Origin: Eledone cirrhosa
Taxonomy: Eukaryota
Direction: 5' to 3'
Assembly (NCBI GenBank): GCA_964016885.1
Contig: OZ024741.1
Coordinates: forward strand, 199,268,001 to 199,332,000
Length of the DNA: 64,000 nt
Shown: positions 13,734-24,454 of the stretch, one piece after another
How positions within the stretch are numbered: position 1 is the first letter of the stretch
Layout of the letters: each line of letters starts with the position of its first letter
Translations under genes and position numbers: made by a program
The notes under the pieces: model-generated
What the model saw: the letters and a program-made list of their open reading frames with translations, nothing else
Told to the model about the DNA's origin: nothing
The model's database searches: none

Positions 13734-15394
13734 TATGTTGTTTTTAGTACCAACTCATCTATAATTGAGCAGACCTGTGATCAAAAGAGTTCCAGCCATA
13801 GTCATTTTGAATTTTTCTATATCTATATTTAGGATTATTGTCCAGTCCTTCCTTTTAAAGTCCTTTGATACCAAGCCACCTGAAATTGCCACTAGTTCTA
13901 TGATGAAAAACTGTTTTTTCAAAGTGTTTGTGTTTAATTTTCTATTATGATTTTATGTAGGAACTTTTTCTTAAGTTATGTTTAAAAAATAATGGAAACT
14001 TGGTCATATAACTAAATCCCTCCAATAATCCTTGAATATTTAGAAAATTAATTGCAAATCTTATGTGATTATATATCATTAGAAATACCATAATGAAATG
14101 GTTAAGATGATAGGGTATAGTTTGATGGAAATTTTGCTGTTGCGTCAAGTAGATTGAGCAATTACATTGTTTCATGTACATACCATTGACAGTGTGTTAG
14201 GAATACAGCAACAAAAGTACCAAAGTGGTCTTGATATGAACAAATTATGCTGGACATTAACCCTATGATACATTCCTGCTCGAAACTAACTCTGGTTCTA
14301 TGACAGAAAACCACACATTTTAAAGGAATCCTATTTAAATTGAAATCTTCCAGCATAATAAGAGGGCTATGTTAAGTTGTTATTTTAGTAATAAAATAAT
14401 TAATAATTCTAATAAATCTAAAAGTTCTGCATTAATTAATTGAAATTGAGTATATTTCATTTAAAATATGGCAATGAAAGGGTTCAAATACTGGGCTTCA
14501 CACTTAAAAAACACAAAATTACAATGTATGTTAAATTGCTATATTATTGAGCTATCAGGCTAGTCCAGCAGTTATGTCCAGAATTAAAATCAGTTTTCTG
14601 TGGTCAGTGTCTCAATTTGACTGCTGACTTGGTCTATGAAGATCCATCTAACCTTTACTAATAGGGAAAATGATGTTAAAGAATGATGATAACATTCTAT
14701 TCACAATTAAAATGCTTTATAGGAATATTAAATCACTCCAGTATTTGACAGGTATTTTATTGACTCCAGAAGGATAAATATCAACAATCCCTTCAGCAAG
14801 ATTTGAACTCATAATATACATAATATACTCTATATATCGTTCTTATGTACCAATTAACTATTCTGGCTCATTAAACTAGTGATCATGGTTTGGGTAATGG
14901 CAAAGAAGGCAATCAAAGGTATTTATGAGAGAAAGAAGAGTAAATAAAGTATTAGATGCCAACTTCATTGAATAATGACTTCCTTAAAGAGAAAGGATGC
15001 TATGAAGTAGACTATGACAATGAAAGACCATCTGTTGAAATCAATGGAGCATAGTTTAAAACAGTAATCACATGATATTACTAACACTTCATTTCCTGTC
15101 AGTACATTTCCTGTCATAACATTTTGGGTCTTCAATTTTCTTGAGGATTCATGAATAATTTCAGCTTACTATAAAACTACCACCACTATGAGCTAGCTAA
15201 CCAGGCTTACTCTATGCAGTGACTAAACCTGCTAGAAATAGCAGCCAAGTTTCTTCAAATTACACCCTACCATTTTATAAAATAAAATGTTAAATGTGTT
15301 CTTAGAAATAAAAGAAAGAATGGCCATGATTAGAATGGTTTTTTTTTTTTTCATCATAGATCTACTCAATTAGGGTTCCACCAGATTCTAAATA

Positions 15395-15620
15395 GCTATC
15401 ACCACCACCATCCTCACAACGGCCCCCAATATCACCACCACCACCACCACTACAACCACTACCGCCATCACCACCACTACAACCACTACCGCCATCACCA
15501 CCACTACCACAATCACCACCACTACCGCCATCACCACCACCACCACCACTACCACCACTATCACCACCACCACCTACACCACCACTTATCACAGCTTCTT
15601 CCACCACTATCATCATCAAT
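15395..15620. repeat. (ACC)n/(ACCACT) low-complexity repeat
   Basis: Directly visible; explains the poly-Gly and poly-Val ORFs. Confidence 0.9.
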
Positions 15621-16564
15621 ACTAGCAGTAGTAGTGTTATGTTTTGAAAATAAATAAATAAAAGGCTGATTGAACCATTTAAATAAGAAAACAGAGTGAA
15701 ACAGCTACAGCCCCCAGAATTGATCTAGTAACAAATTTGGAAGAGGAATTTATCATCATCATCATTTCATAAATAAAAGAAACGTAATGTATAATATATA
15801 GAACACATATGCAAGTATACACATGTTACCAATAAACAAACCCTAATCATCATCACCATCATCATCTTATTACCACTGTCCTTCTCATTATAATCACATT
15901 AAGGACTGGCAGAATTGGTAGAGCATCATTTGTTTTTACCCTCCAACATTCATATGTTTCTTGCTTGCCTCTTGGTTAGTTGTCCAGAGTGTGCCAATTG
16001 CATATCTAGCCCTTCTCTATGGATTGCACTGCAAATCATGGTGGTTATACCTTCACTGAAATGTGGTAGCTTCAGGAAGTAGGTGCTTGTGGAGGTCATC
16101 TTGCAATGTGGGATTTCATATTCCTAAGATGGTTCAAGGTTGAGGCTGAGTAACCGTTGTTCCTCACCACTTCCAAGAGAGAGAGAGAGAGAAAGTCTCT
16201 GTACCTAGTGTTAATCTGGAGAAGACCTTTCACAGGATTCCCTACTTTGTTTTCTAGTGGGCACTAAGGAAGCTAGATGTAGATGAATGACTTGTGAGGG
16301 TCATGCATGCAATGTTGTGCGTCCATGACATCAAAACTTGTCATCTATCTTAGCTCCATTCTTCTAATTGCATTCCCAAATACGCCAGCCATGGTACAAA
16401 GCACCCTTCTCCTTCCTTCAGTTCAGATGCCACTTTGTACATTCTGTGAAGTGGGTGACACTCAAACAGTAGCAAAAGCACAATGACTGACAAACTCCAG
16501 ATTGCTGGTGCTATGATAAAATAAGTAGGCAAAGAAGAAGATATATATATATATATATATATAT

Positions 16565-17982
16565 ATTAGTAAAAGGAAAAGAAAATGCTGACAAATTTTT
16601 CCCAGTGAAAAATAGTTTAATTAGGAATAAGTATAAATTAGTAATAAGTATTGGTTAGTATTCAGTTTTAGTTTTAAGTTTTTACCGGTTGCGCATTTCT
16701 AATGCTTTTCAAAAATAATTTTGAGATAGAGCGGGCGTGATGTTTGCTCTAATCTGATCAGTTTTAGAAATTCTTTCTGTTTTATGTGGAAAAAGTGGCT
16801 CCAGAGGTATTAAGATTTGGTTGGTTGTTGAATGTCACGTGAATGAGTACTATAAAATTCGCGCCAATTTGTGTTGCAAAAATTCTTGTAGTCAAAACAA
16901 TTTTGATTGGTCGGTAGAGGTCACGTGAATGTTAAAAATTGATTTTGCGCCGAATGTAGGTTTGTCAAAGAGTCCTTTTCCGCCTGATTGAGAAGTCACT
17001 GAAAAATAAGTTTATTAAGACAAATATATGTGTGTGTGTGTGTGTAGTAAAGAGGTTCATTGTTGTGATAATGGTCAGTAGGGATGTGTGTGTGAATTGC
17101 AGTCATGTTGAAAGGTCAACAGTTCAGGTGTCTATTGAGACAAATATGTGTGTGTGTGTGTGTGTGTGTGTTTGTGTGTGTGGTTCGTGGTAGAGGAAAT
17201 AAATTTGGTCAGTAGGAATGTGTGTGTACGTGTGTGTGGGATATTTTAACATGCTGAAAGATATTTTTCAGCTCTTGTCTTATACAGAGAAGTGTGTGTG
17301 TGTGTGTGTGTCTGTTTGTATGTTAGTGTATGCGTGTGTATGTGTATGTGTATGTGTGGATGGACCAGTATTTTTGCGATATGGTAAAAATGGTGTACAT
17401 TATTCGATATTTTCAGTAATTTGCAAAAACGATTCTCTCAAAAGAACATCAAAATCATTAATAATAAAAGGGGTGAAATGATGTATAGTATTGTCATAAC
17501 ACCAAGGTGTGTGTGAGTGACCAGATTGTACATACTGCAAGGGGAATCCATTAGGCCCTGTCGCATGGGAATACTTGTGTACAAATATGTATGTGCCCAT
17601 CATTGTGCAATGCATGTGTGCGTATATGTATGTGTGTGTGTCGGCACGTTTATATTTATAAACATCAAAAGGTATGCAAATTTGTGTATATTTGTGTTGC
17701 ACCATAGAACATGTGTGTTTACGTATGTCATTGTGTTTATATATGGATAGAAATGTATGTAGGATGTATGCTGATGTAGGCATGTATGTTGACGTGTGTA
17801 TGTTGTGGGTTCATCTTAGGGAGAAGTGTTTAGACGGGGTCCGTATTTGTTAATAATGTGAGATTCCTTGTTGATGCGCTGAGTGTGGGTCGCATTATCT
17901 TTAAATTTGTAGAGGGGAAAGATTCTAAAGTTGGGATGATTTTGGGTGGCACAGGTATCATTGTGTTCACTCAGTGGTATTT
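16565..17982 (-). mobile_element. 5'-truncated Penelope-like element: endonuclease C-terminus plus long 3' region; second 3' copy at 38231-38795
   Basis: Minus-strand 17980-17816 translates IPLSEHNDTC...NFRIFPLYKFKD...RINKESHIINKYGPRLNTSP*, resembling a PLE GIY-YIG C-terminus; 16565-17150 is similar to 38231-38795; flanked by (TA)n. Confidence 0.7.
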
Positions 17983-17993
17983 ATATATATATA

Positions 17994-18060
<67 letters not shown>

Positions 18061-18100
18061 GATATTAAATAAATGGAAACTATATTTATAAAACCATATT

Positions 18101-18162
18101 TATTCTATTATATCTATTTCAAGGGTACCAAAAATTTTGGTACGCTATCATCAGATAAAATA
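18101..18162 (-). ncRNA. Minimal type I hammerhead ribozyme, same family as 13583
   Basis: TATTTTAT-CTGATGA-TAGCGTACCAAA...TTTGGTACCCTT-GAAA-TAGATA-TA^ATAGAATA; same C.C mismatch in stem II. Confidence 0.7.
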
Positions 18163-18313
18163 CAAAGTGTGTTTTATAAATTTTGACATAACCAAGGATA
18201 ATATACCTTAATGGTTCAAGTTATCCCTTATATATATATATATTTATTAAAATAACAGATTAAAGTTTAAGCAAAGAATCGCTGCTTTTAGTCTTCAAAT
18301 TTATTATTATTAC

Positions 18314-18349
<36 letters not shown>

Positions 18350-18522
18350 ATATATATATATATATATATGGCAGCGATAATGAGGGACAGAGACCGCTGG
18401 AGAGAATTCGTCCATGGATCTCTGGAATTTTAACCGCCCTAGATAGATAGATATAGATATATATGTATATGTATATATATATATATGTATATAGATATAT
18501 ATGTATATGTATATATATATAT

Positions 18523-18612
18523 AATTGTAATAAATGTTCGGTAAACCCATACGTACATATATATATATATATACATACTACTGTACGTCTGTATACATAT
18601 ATGCATGAACGT

Positions 18613-18662
<50 letters not shown>

Positions 18663-18758
18663 CATCATCATTTTACATCCGCTTTTCCCTACTTGCAAGG
18701 GTGGGATGGGAACTGATTCTGGCTTGTATGTGTATCTATATGTATATGTATGTATATG

Positions 18759-18791
<33 letters not shown>

Positions 18792-18919
18792 GTAAGTATG
18801 TATGTATACGTACATGCATATATGTATACAGACGTACAGTAGTATGTATATATGTACATACATGCACACATGTATATATATATATGTACATATGGGTTTA
18901 CCGAACATTTATTATAATT
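18523..18919. repeat. Inverted repeat pair flanking (TA)n and a SINE tail
   Basis: 18523-18551 vs 18891-18919 match 28/29 as reverse complements; inner arms about 18571-18623 vs 18797-18849. Confidence 0.8.
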
Positions 18920-18966
18920 TAAGTACCAGCCGTACTAAGAGTGAGAAATGAAATTTTGTTTCATTT

Positions 18967-19009
<43 letters not shown>

Positions 19010-19060
19010 TGTACATATATATATGTTTATATATATATGTATATATATGTATATACATAT

Positions 19061-19770
19061 TCAATACATTAACAGAGAAAGCCTTAAGCTATACTCTGAC
19101 TGGCTACCATCTCACTCAACAAACATTAGGATATACCTTAGTATGATCCCAATTTTATGTTTGGAGTGCTAACTATATGTATTTTGCGGAAAGCCAGTTG
19201 TAATATTTTATATGAGATATAATTAAAATTAAAATATATCTCCCTTTCCAAACAATTGTTTCATTATAAGTTTTCTACAAGTTGGGAGAATGTGTCCGGG
19301 TTATGTAGAAGCCTGCACATTTTTCTGTAAGAACATATGCAGGTGGGCACTTATAAATCATCAGTGGAGGCCCGTCAAACATTGATATAAGAAAAAATCT
19401 CTTACCGATGTCAGTTTTCGTGTCAGCAATTGTCCCTTCTCGCATCATAATGACCGCCAAATTTGAAATTCCAGCAGTCTCAGAATGAGGAATTTCACAG
19501 CGTCACGAAGCGGAAAAGGGAGGCAATCGCGAAACACAAGAAAGTAAACTAATTTACACGTGGGTCAATTAATTTTTTCAACAATTTTAACCCTGCGTGT
19601 TAAGAACTCAATTAGATTATTAAAAAATAAATGTATGCATGTATTAATTATACACGCATATAGGTATTTTCTTAGGCTAAAAACATAGATATGATACCAG
19701 AATAACAATCAATATTTCATAATAATAATAAATACGGAAAGTTACGCTTAAATGGTATCTGGAAATATTC
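19061..19770 (-). mobile_element. Non-coding ~700-bp hammerhead-bearing element (retrozyme-like), diverged copy
   Basis: Colinear similarity to 20296-21000 (ctcactcaacaaacattagga...taagaactcaatt); flanked by (TA)n. Confidence 0.7.
19247..19368 (-). ncRNA. Type I hammerhead ribozyme with extended, branched stem II
   Basis: TCCA-CTGATGA-T-TTATAAGT[CCTGCATAT/ATGTGCAGG and TTCTACA/TGTAGAA hairpins]ACTTATAA-T-GAAAC-AATT-GTT^TGGA. Confidence 0.8.
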
Positions 19771-19786
19771 ATATATATCATCATTT

Positions 19787-20118
19787 CATTTTTTCATTTT
19801 ACGTCCACTTTTCCCTGCTCGCAAGGGTGGGACGGGAACTGATCTGGCTTGATTTCTACAGCTGGATGCCCTTCCAAACACCTACCTCATTTACAGTGAG
19901 TGCTGGGCGCTTTTTTACCGTGGCACCTCCACGACCACTCTACAGTGGAATGATAGGAACCCCAGTCCCTATCATCTCATTTCTACAGCTGAGTAAACTG
20001 GAGCAATGTGAAATAAAGTGTCTTGCTCAAGGAAACAACACATCACCCGGTCTGAGAATTGAACTCACAACCTTTCGATTGCAAGGCCAATGCTCTAACC
20101 ACTAAGCCATGTGCTTCC
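19787..20118 (-). mobile_element. tRNA-derived SINE family 2 with RTE-derived tail; other copies at 36596-36922, 36971-37325 and 53659-53999
   Basis: Minus-strand A-box TGGCTTAGTGG and B-box GAGTTCAATTC; 3' part matches RTE 3'UTR; (GAT)n tail; four near-identical copies. Confidence 0.85.
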
Positions 20119-20169
20119 ATATATATATATATATATACATATATATATGTACATATATATGTGTATATA

Positions 20170-20208
<39 letters not shown>

Positions 20209-20295
20209 GTGTATATATATATATATATGTATATATATATGTGTATATATATATGTATATACATATATATATAAATATATATGTGTATATAAATA

Positions 20296-21168
20296 CAATA
20301 TCGGAGAAAGCTTTTTAGCGATACTCCGGCCAAATTCCAACTCACTCAACAAACATTAGGAAATAAGTGATTATATTCCCAATTATGTGTTCGGGGTGCT
20401 AACTAAAAGTATTGCGTGGAAAATTGGCTGTATTATTTCATATGAGATATATCTAATATATATCTTCCCAGACGGACGTCTCGTTTCATTATAGGATTCC
20501 TACAATTTGGGTGAAATTATACCAATTTATGTAGGAGCTTGTATACCATCAATAGATATATAATCAAGTGGGCTCCTATAATTCATCAGTGGGTGCCCCA
20601 ATAATACTAATATTGATAGTCTAACCAACATCAGCATTTAGCGATAATCACTTTCTGTGCCTGAGGTATCTGTCAGGTAGCCAGTCCAGCAGTTCTGAAA
20701 GAAGTGCTCGAACTGATTCAAAAAATGAGGAAGTGAATTACCGCCAAAAAAAAACAATACATGCGCGTGAAAATGAACTCTGAAAGGAATTCAGGCCACG
20801 TGCTAAGAACTCAATTGGAAATTGAAAAAATATCTATGTGTTTACAACATTTGATGACACACACAGATATTTTCTCGGGCAAAATAACAGAATGAGATAT
20901 AAGGAACAATCAATATTCATATATAAAAAATAAACAAAGAAATGCTGACCTTATACCGGGAATTTTTTCAAATCTGCTGCGCCAAGAGTAAGTAAATAAA
21001 TAAAATATCGGAGAAAGCTTTTTAGCGATACTCCGGCCAAATTCCAACTCACTCAACAAACATTAGGAAATAAGTGATTATATTCCCAATTATGTGTTCG
21101 GGGTGCTAACTAAAAGTATTGCGTGGAAAATTGGCTGTATTATTTCAAATGAGACATATCTAACATAT
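20296..21168 (-). mobile_element. Retrozyme-like element: 707-bp monomer plus ~165-bp terminal direct repeat
   Basis: 20301 and 21008 both begin tcggagaaagctttttagcgatactccggcc (offset 707); no ORF; embedded in (TA)n. Confidence 0.8.
20467..20593 (-). ncRNA. Type I hammerhead ribozyme with extended, branched stem II; GUC cleavage site predicted between 20471 and 20470
   Basis: CCCA-CTGATGA-ATTATAGGA[...TCCTACA/TGTAGGA...]TCCTATAAT-GAAACG-AGACGTC-CGTC^TGGG. Confidence 0.85.
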
Positions 21169-21321
21169 CTGTATGTGTATATATATATGTATATACATAT
21201 ATATATATAAATATATGTATATATGTATATACATATATATATAAATATATGTATATATATATATACGTATATATATATATGTATATATATATATGTATGT
21301 GTGTGTGTATATATATATATA

Positions 21322-23480
21322 ATCATGATCACCATTTAATATCCATTTTCCATCTAGCATGGGTTAAATGAGCTATCCCGTTGTGAGATAAGCCAGGGCA
21401 GATGACCATGTGTAGCTCATGCAGAACTGATTTTGGCTTGGTTTCTACTATTGAAGCCCTTCCTAATATGCCAACCACATTTACAGTGTGTGCTAGGTGC
21501 TTTTTGTTGTGACACCTTCACAACTGGGCCAGGCACTTTCTAGTGTGGGCTGGGCACATTTTGTTGTGACACCTATATGACCACTTTACAGTGTGGACTG
21601 GGTTCTCCTTGTCATGGTACCAAAAATGAGCACTTTACAGTGTGGACTGGGGACTTGGGTGCTGGAGGTGCATGAGGATTGGGGGAGGTAGATCTAGGGG
21701 CATCGGTGAAGTGTTAGGACTAGGGAGGTGCATTGAAAGGGGTGATGAAGGGGAAGGTGGCACATACTAGATGTATGCCTCAACCCATCTTTTCCTGTTC
21801 ATATATATTACTATTGCACATCCATCAAAGCATGGAAGCTTCATTTCTTTCCAGTCTTCGCAGGGCCTCTGCACACAGCTATTTATATATATGCATCATA
21901 CAATCTGCCCTTCATTTTGAGGAAAGAATCTTTTGTAATTAGCAACGGTAGTAGCTAACTGAACTTCCTCCAACCCTTTCTCACTCTGACTACTGTGCTT
22001 TCGGAACACCTACCTCCACTATTAATTTAGTCACCTAAGTAACAGAAACTATCAACTACTTCTACAGTGCCCTCTGGGCATTCAAAGGAGCTTGTATCCT
22101 GTGGGCTCTTGCTACTTACTGCACCTGTGCATCAGCCACAACATTTCTTGTGTACCCATGGTTTGCATTTGGGGCATAGAATGGAATTTTTATCTTCACC
22201 TTTTCGGCACACCGAGCAAGGCCATTTTCCCTGAGGGAATGTAGGCCATTTTCCTTTCTACATAACTAGAACTTTGGTCTTTGACAAGTTAACTTTAAGA
22301 CCTTTTGATTCTAGGCCATGCTTCTGGGTTTGGAATATCTTCTCTAATTCTGCCATAGATTTAGCTATATGGGTTAGGTCATTTGAATACAGAAGTTCCC
22401 AGGGGAAGCCAGCCTTAAACTCCTCCAATATAGCTTGCAGAATGATAATAAACAGAAGAGGATTGAGAACTGAGCCTTGATGGACACCAACTTACATGCT
22501 AAATTATTTACTATAGTCATTGTTAATTCTAATCTTGCTGACATGGATTGTATAGCTTTCATAAGCCACTCACCTACTCCTATTTTTGTAAGAGCCCACC
22601 AGATAATGGAATGAGGGACTCTGTCAAAAGTTTTCTCCATGTCTACAAAAGTCAGTTGGGGGGGGGGGGGGGGGGGGGCGGCGGTGTACCTTTAGCTAGG
22701 TACTTTTCCTGCAGTTGCCTCACAAGGAAGAGAACATCTGTGGTACTTCTACCTGGCACAATTTTAATTTGCATCTCATCTACGTTAACTCGATCTTTAA
22801 TCAGCTGGGATCTTCATAACTTGGTCGACCTATTTTATGCCTTCATAGTTTTCTCAGTGTAGAGCATGTTTGCCCTTGTAGCTGTTAACAGTGATACTGC
22901 TATGTCAGTCATTGGATATGACACCATTTTATATTACTTGGTTTACAATACAGGTGATTATGGTGTGACCCACCATTCCAGATGCTTTTAGCATCACAGC
23001 ACTATCCCGAAGGTCTAGCAGCCTTGTCTGTCTTCATATCTATGATTGCCTTACTTACTACTGCTGACTTTTACAGCCAGTTCCTCTGTTGGGTCAACTT
23101 GTGGCAAACTATTTTCTTCCCATGCATTCTCCTCATTCAGCAATCTTTCATAGTAGCATTTTCATGTTACCTTCTTTTTGGTATCAATGAGGGCAAGTTC
23201 ACCATTATCATCTGAGACACACATGTTCCCACCAACATCACAATTTTCCCTGAAACAGACACACTACCTTGCAATCCTGAACACCTCATGCTTTTGATCC
23301 TCATGCTGCAAATCATGCTTAAACTTTTTATTTTCTGTTTCCTTTCTTGCAAAGTATACTTGTCACTTAGCTTCTCTCCTAGCATTCTGGTAGACTTCTC
23401 TACTACCCCCATTTTACCAATTCTTCCAAATCTGTCTTTTGGCCTTAATTGTCTCATTGACTTTACTATTCCACACTAAG
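21322..23480 (-). mobile_element. Older degraded RTE LINE
   Basis: Broken RT fragments (EKTFDRVPHSIIWWAL) and an RTE-type 3'UTR. Confidence 0.8.
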
Positions 23481-23809
23481 TCACTCTCCGTCTCCCTAGA
23501 AATGTACTCCAACCACAGATCTCATTTGTCACCTTTAGTAGGTTATCTTTCAGGAACTCCCCTGCTCCCCTATATCATATGTCTCTATTTGCTCTTCCTT
23601 ACTTTCGAAAGCATGAATCACATACTTCGAAATTTGTTCCTGGTTGATGGGTCTTTTAATTTCCATATTCTTCTTCTCCAAGTTGCCAGCCTTAACTATA
23701 AGGTCACAAACAACTAAGTTATGTTGTGATGTGTATTCTTCACCAGGAAGGAGAGATAAACAGACATATAGATATATACATATGCATATCTACTTGTCAG
23801 TCCCTCTCT

Positions 23810-23995
23810 GTGCATGGATTGGCAGTATCGGTAGAGGGTCAAACGCCATGCTTTGCAGCAAAGAGTTACAGCCCTTTATGGTCTGAGTTCAAATCCCGCC
23901 GAGGTTAACTTTGCCTTTCATCCTTACGGGGTCGATAAAATAAAGTACCAGTAATACACTGGAATAATTGCTGGCCTTGTGCCAAAAGTATAAAC
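23810..23995 (+). mobile_element. tRNA-derived SINE family 1
   Basis: Matches 34592-34779. Confidence 0.8.
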
Positions 23996-24454
23996 AAAAA
24001 AAAAAAAAATTATAAATTTGAAGACTAAAATCCAAAGAGGGCTCGATAAGGATAAATATATATCAAATATATAAGAACCGTAGAGCAAATTTAATCCGTT
24101 ATTTTAATATATATATATATCATCATCATCATCATTTTACGTCCGCTTTTCCCTGCTTGCAAGATATATGATACTGAAATGAAGTCATCAGAAGCACCAT
24201 TATATCTTTGATCATTTTCTCATTCACTCAATAGTGCAGTTAAGCATTGTTAAGATACCAATCAAATGGAAAGCAGAGTGCACACTAATGTATTGAATAG
24301 TGAGAGAAACAATTTTAAGTGGGTAGAGAATTTGATTCTCTGACTCCGGACTAATGCAATAATTTCTGCTACTCTATCTGCTGGCAACAGTCCATATTAT
24401 CATCATCATCATCATCATCATTATTTTACATCTGCTTTTCCCTGCTGCAAGGGT

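Noticed and set aside
15362-15619. Gly-rich ORF resembling a structural protein
   Set aside because: Product of the (ACC)n repeat with no splice support.
20040-20118. tRNA gene-like A and B boxes
   Set aside because: Head of a multi-copy SINE; no complete cloverleaf.
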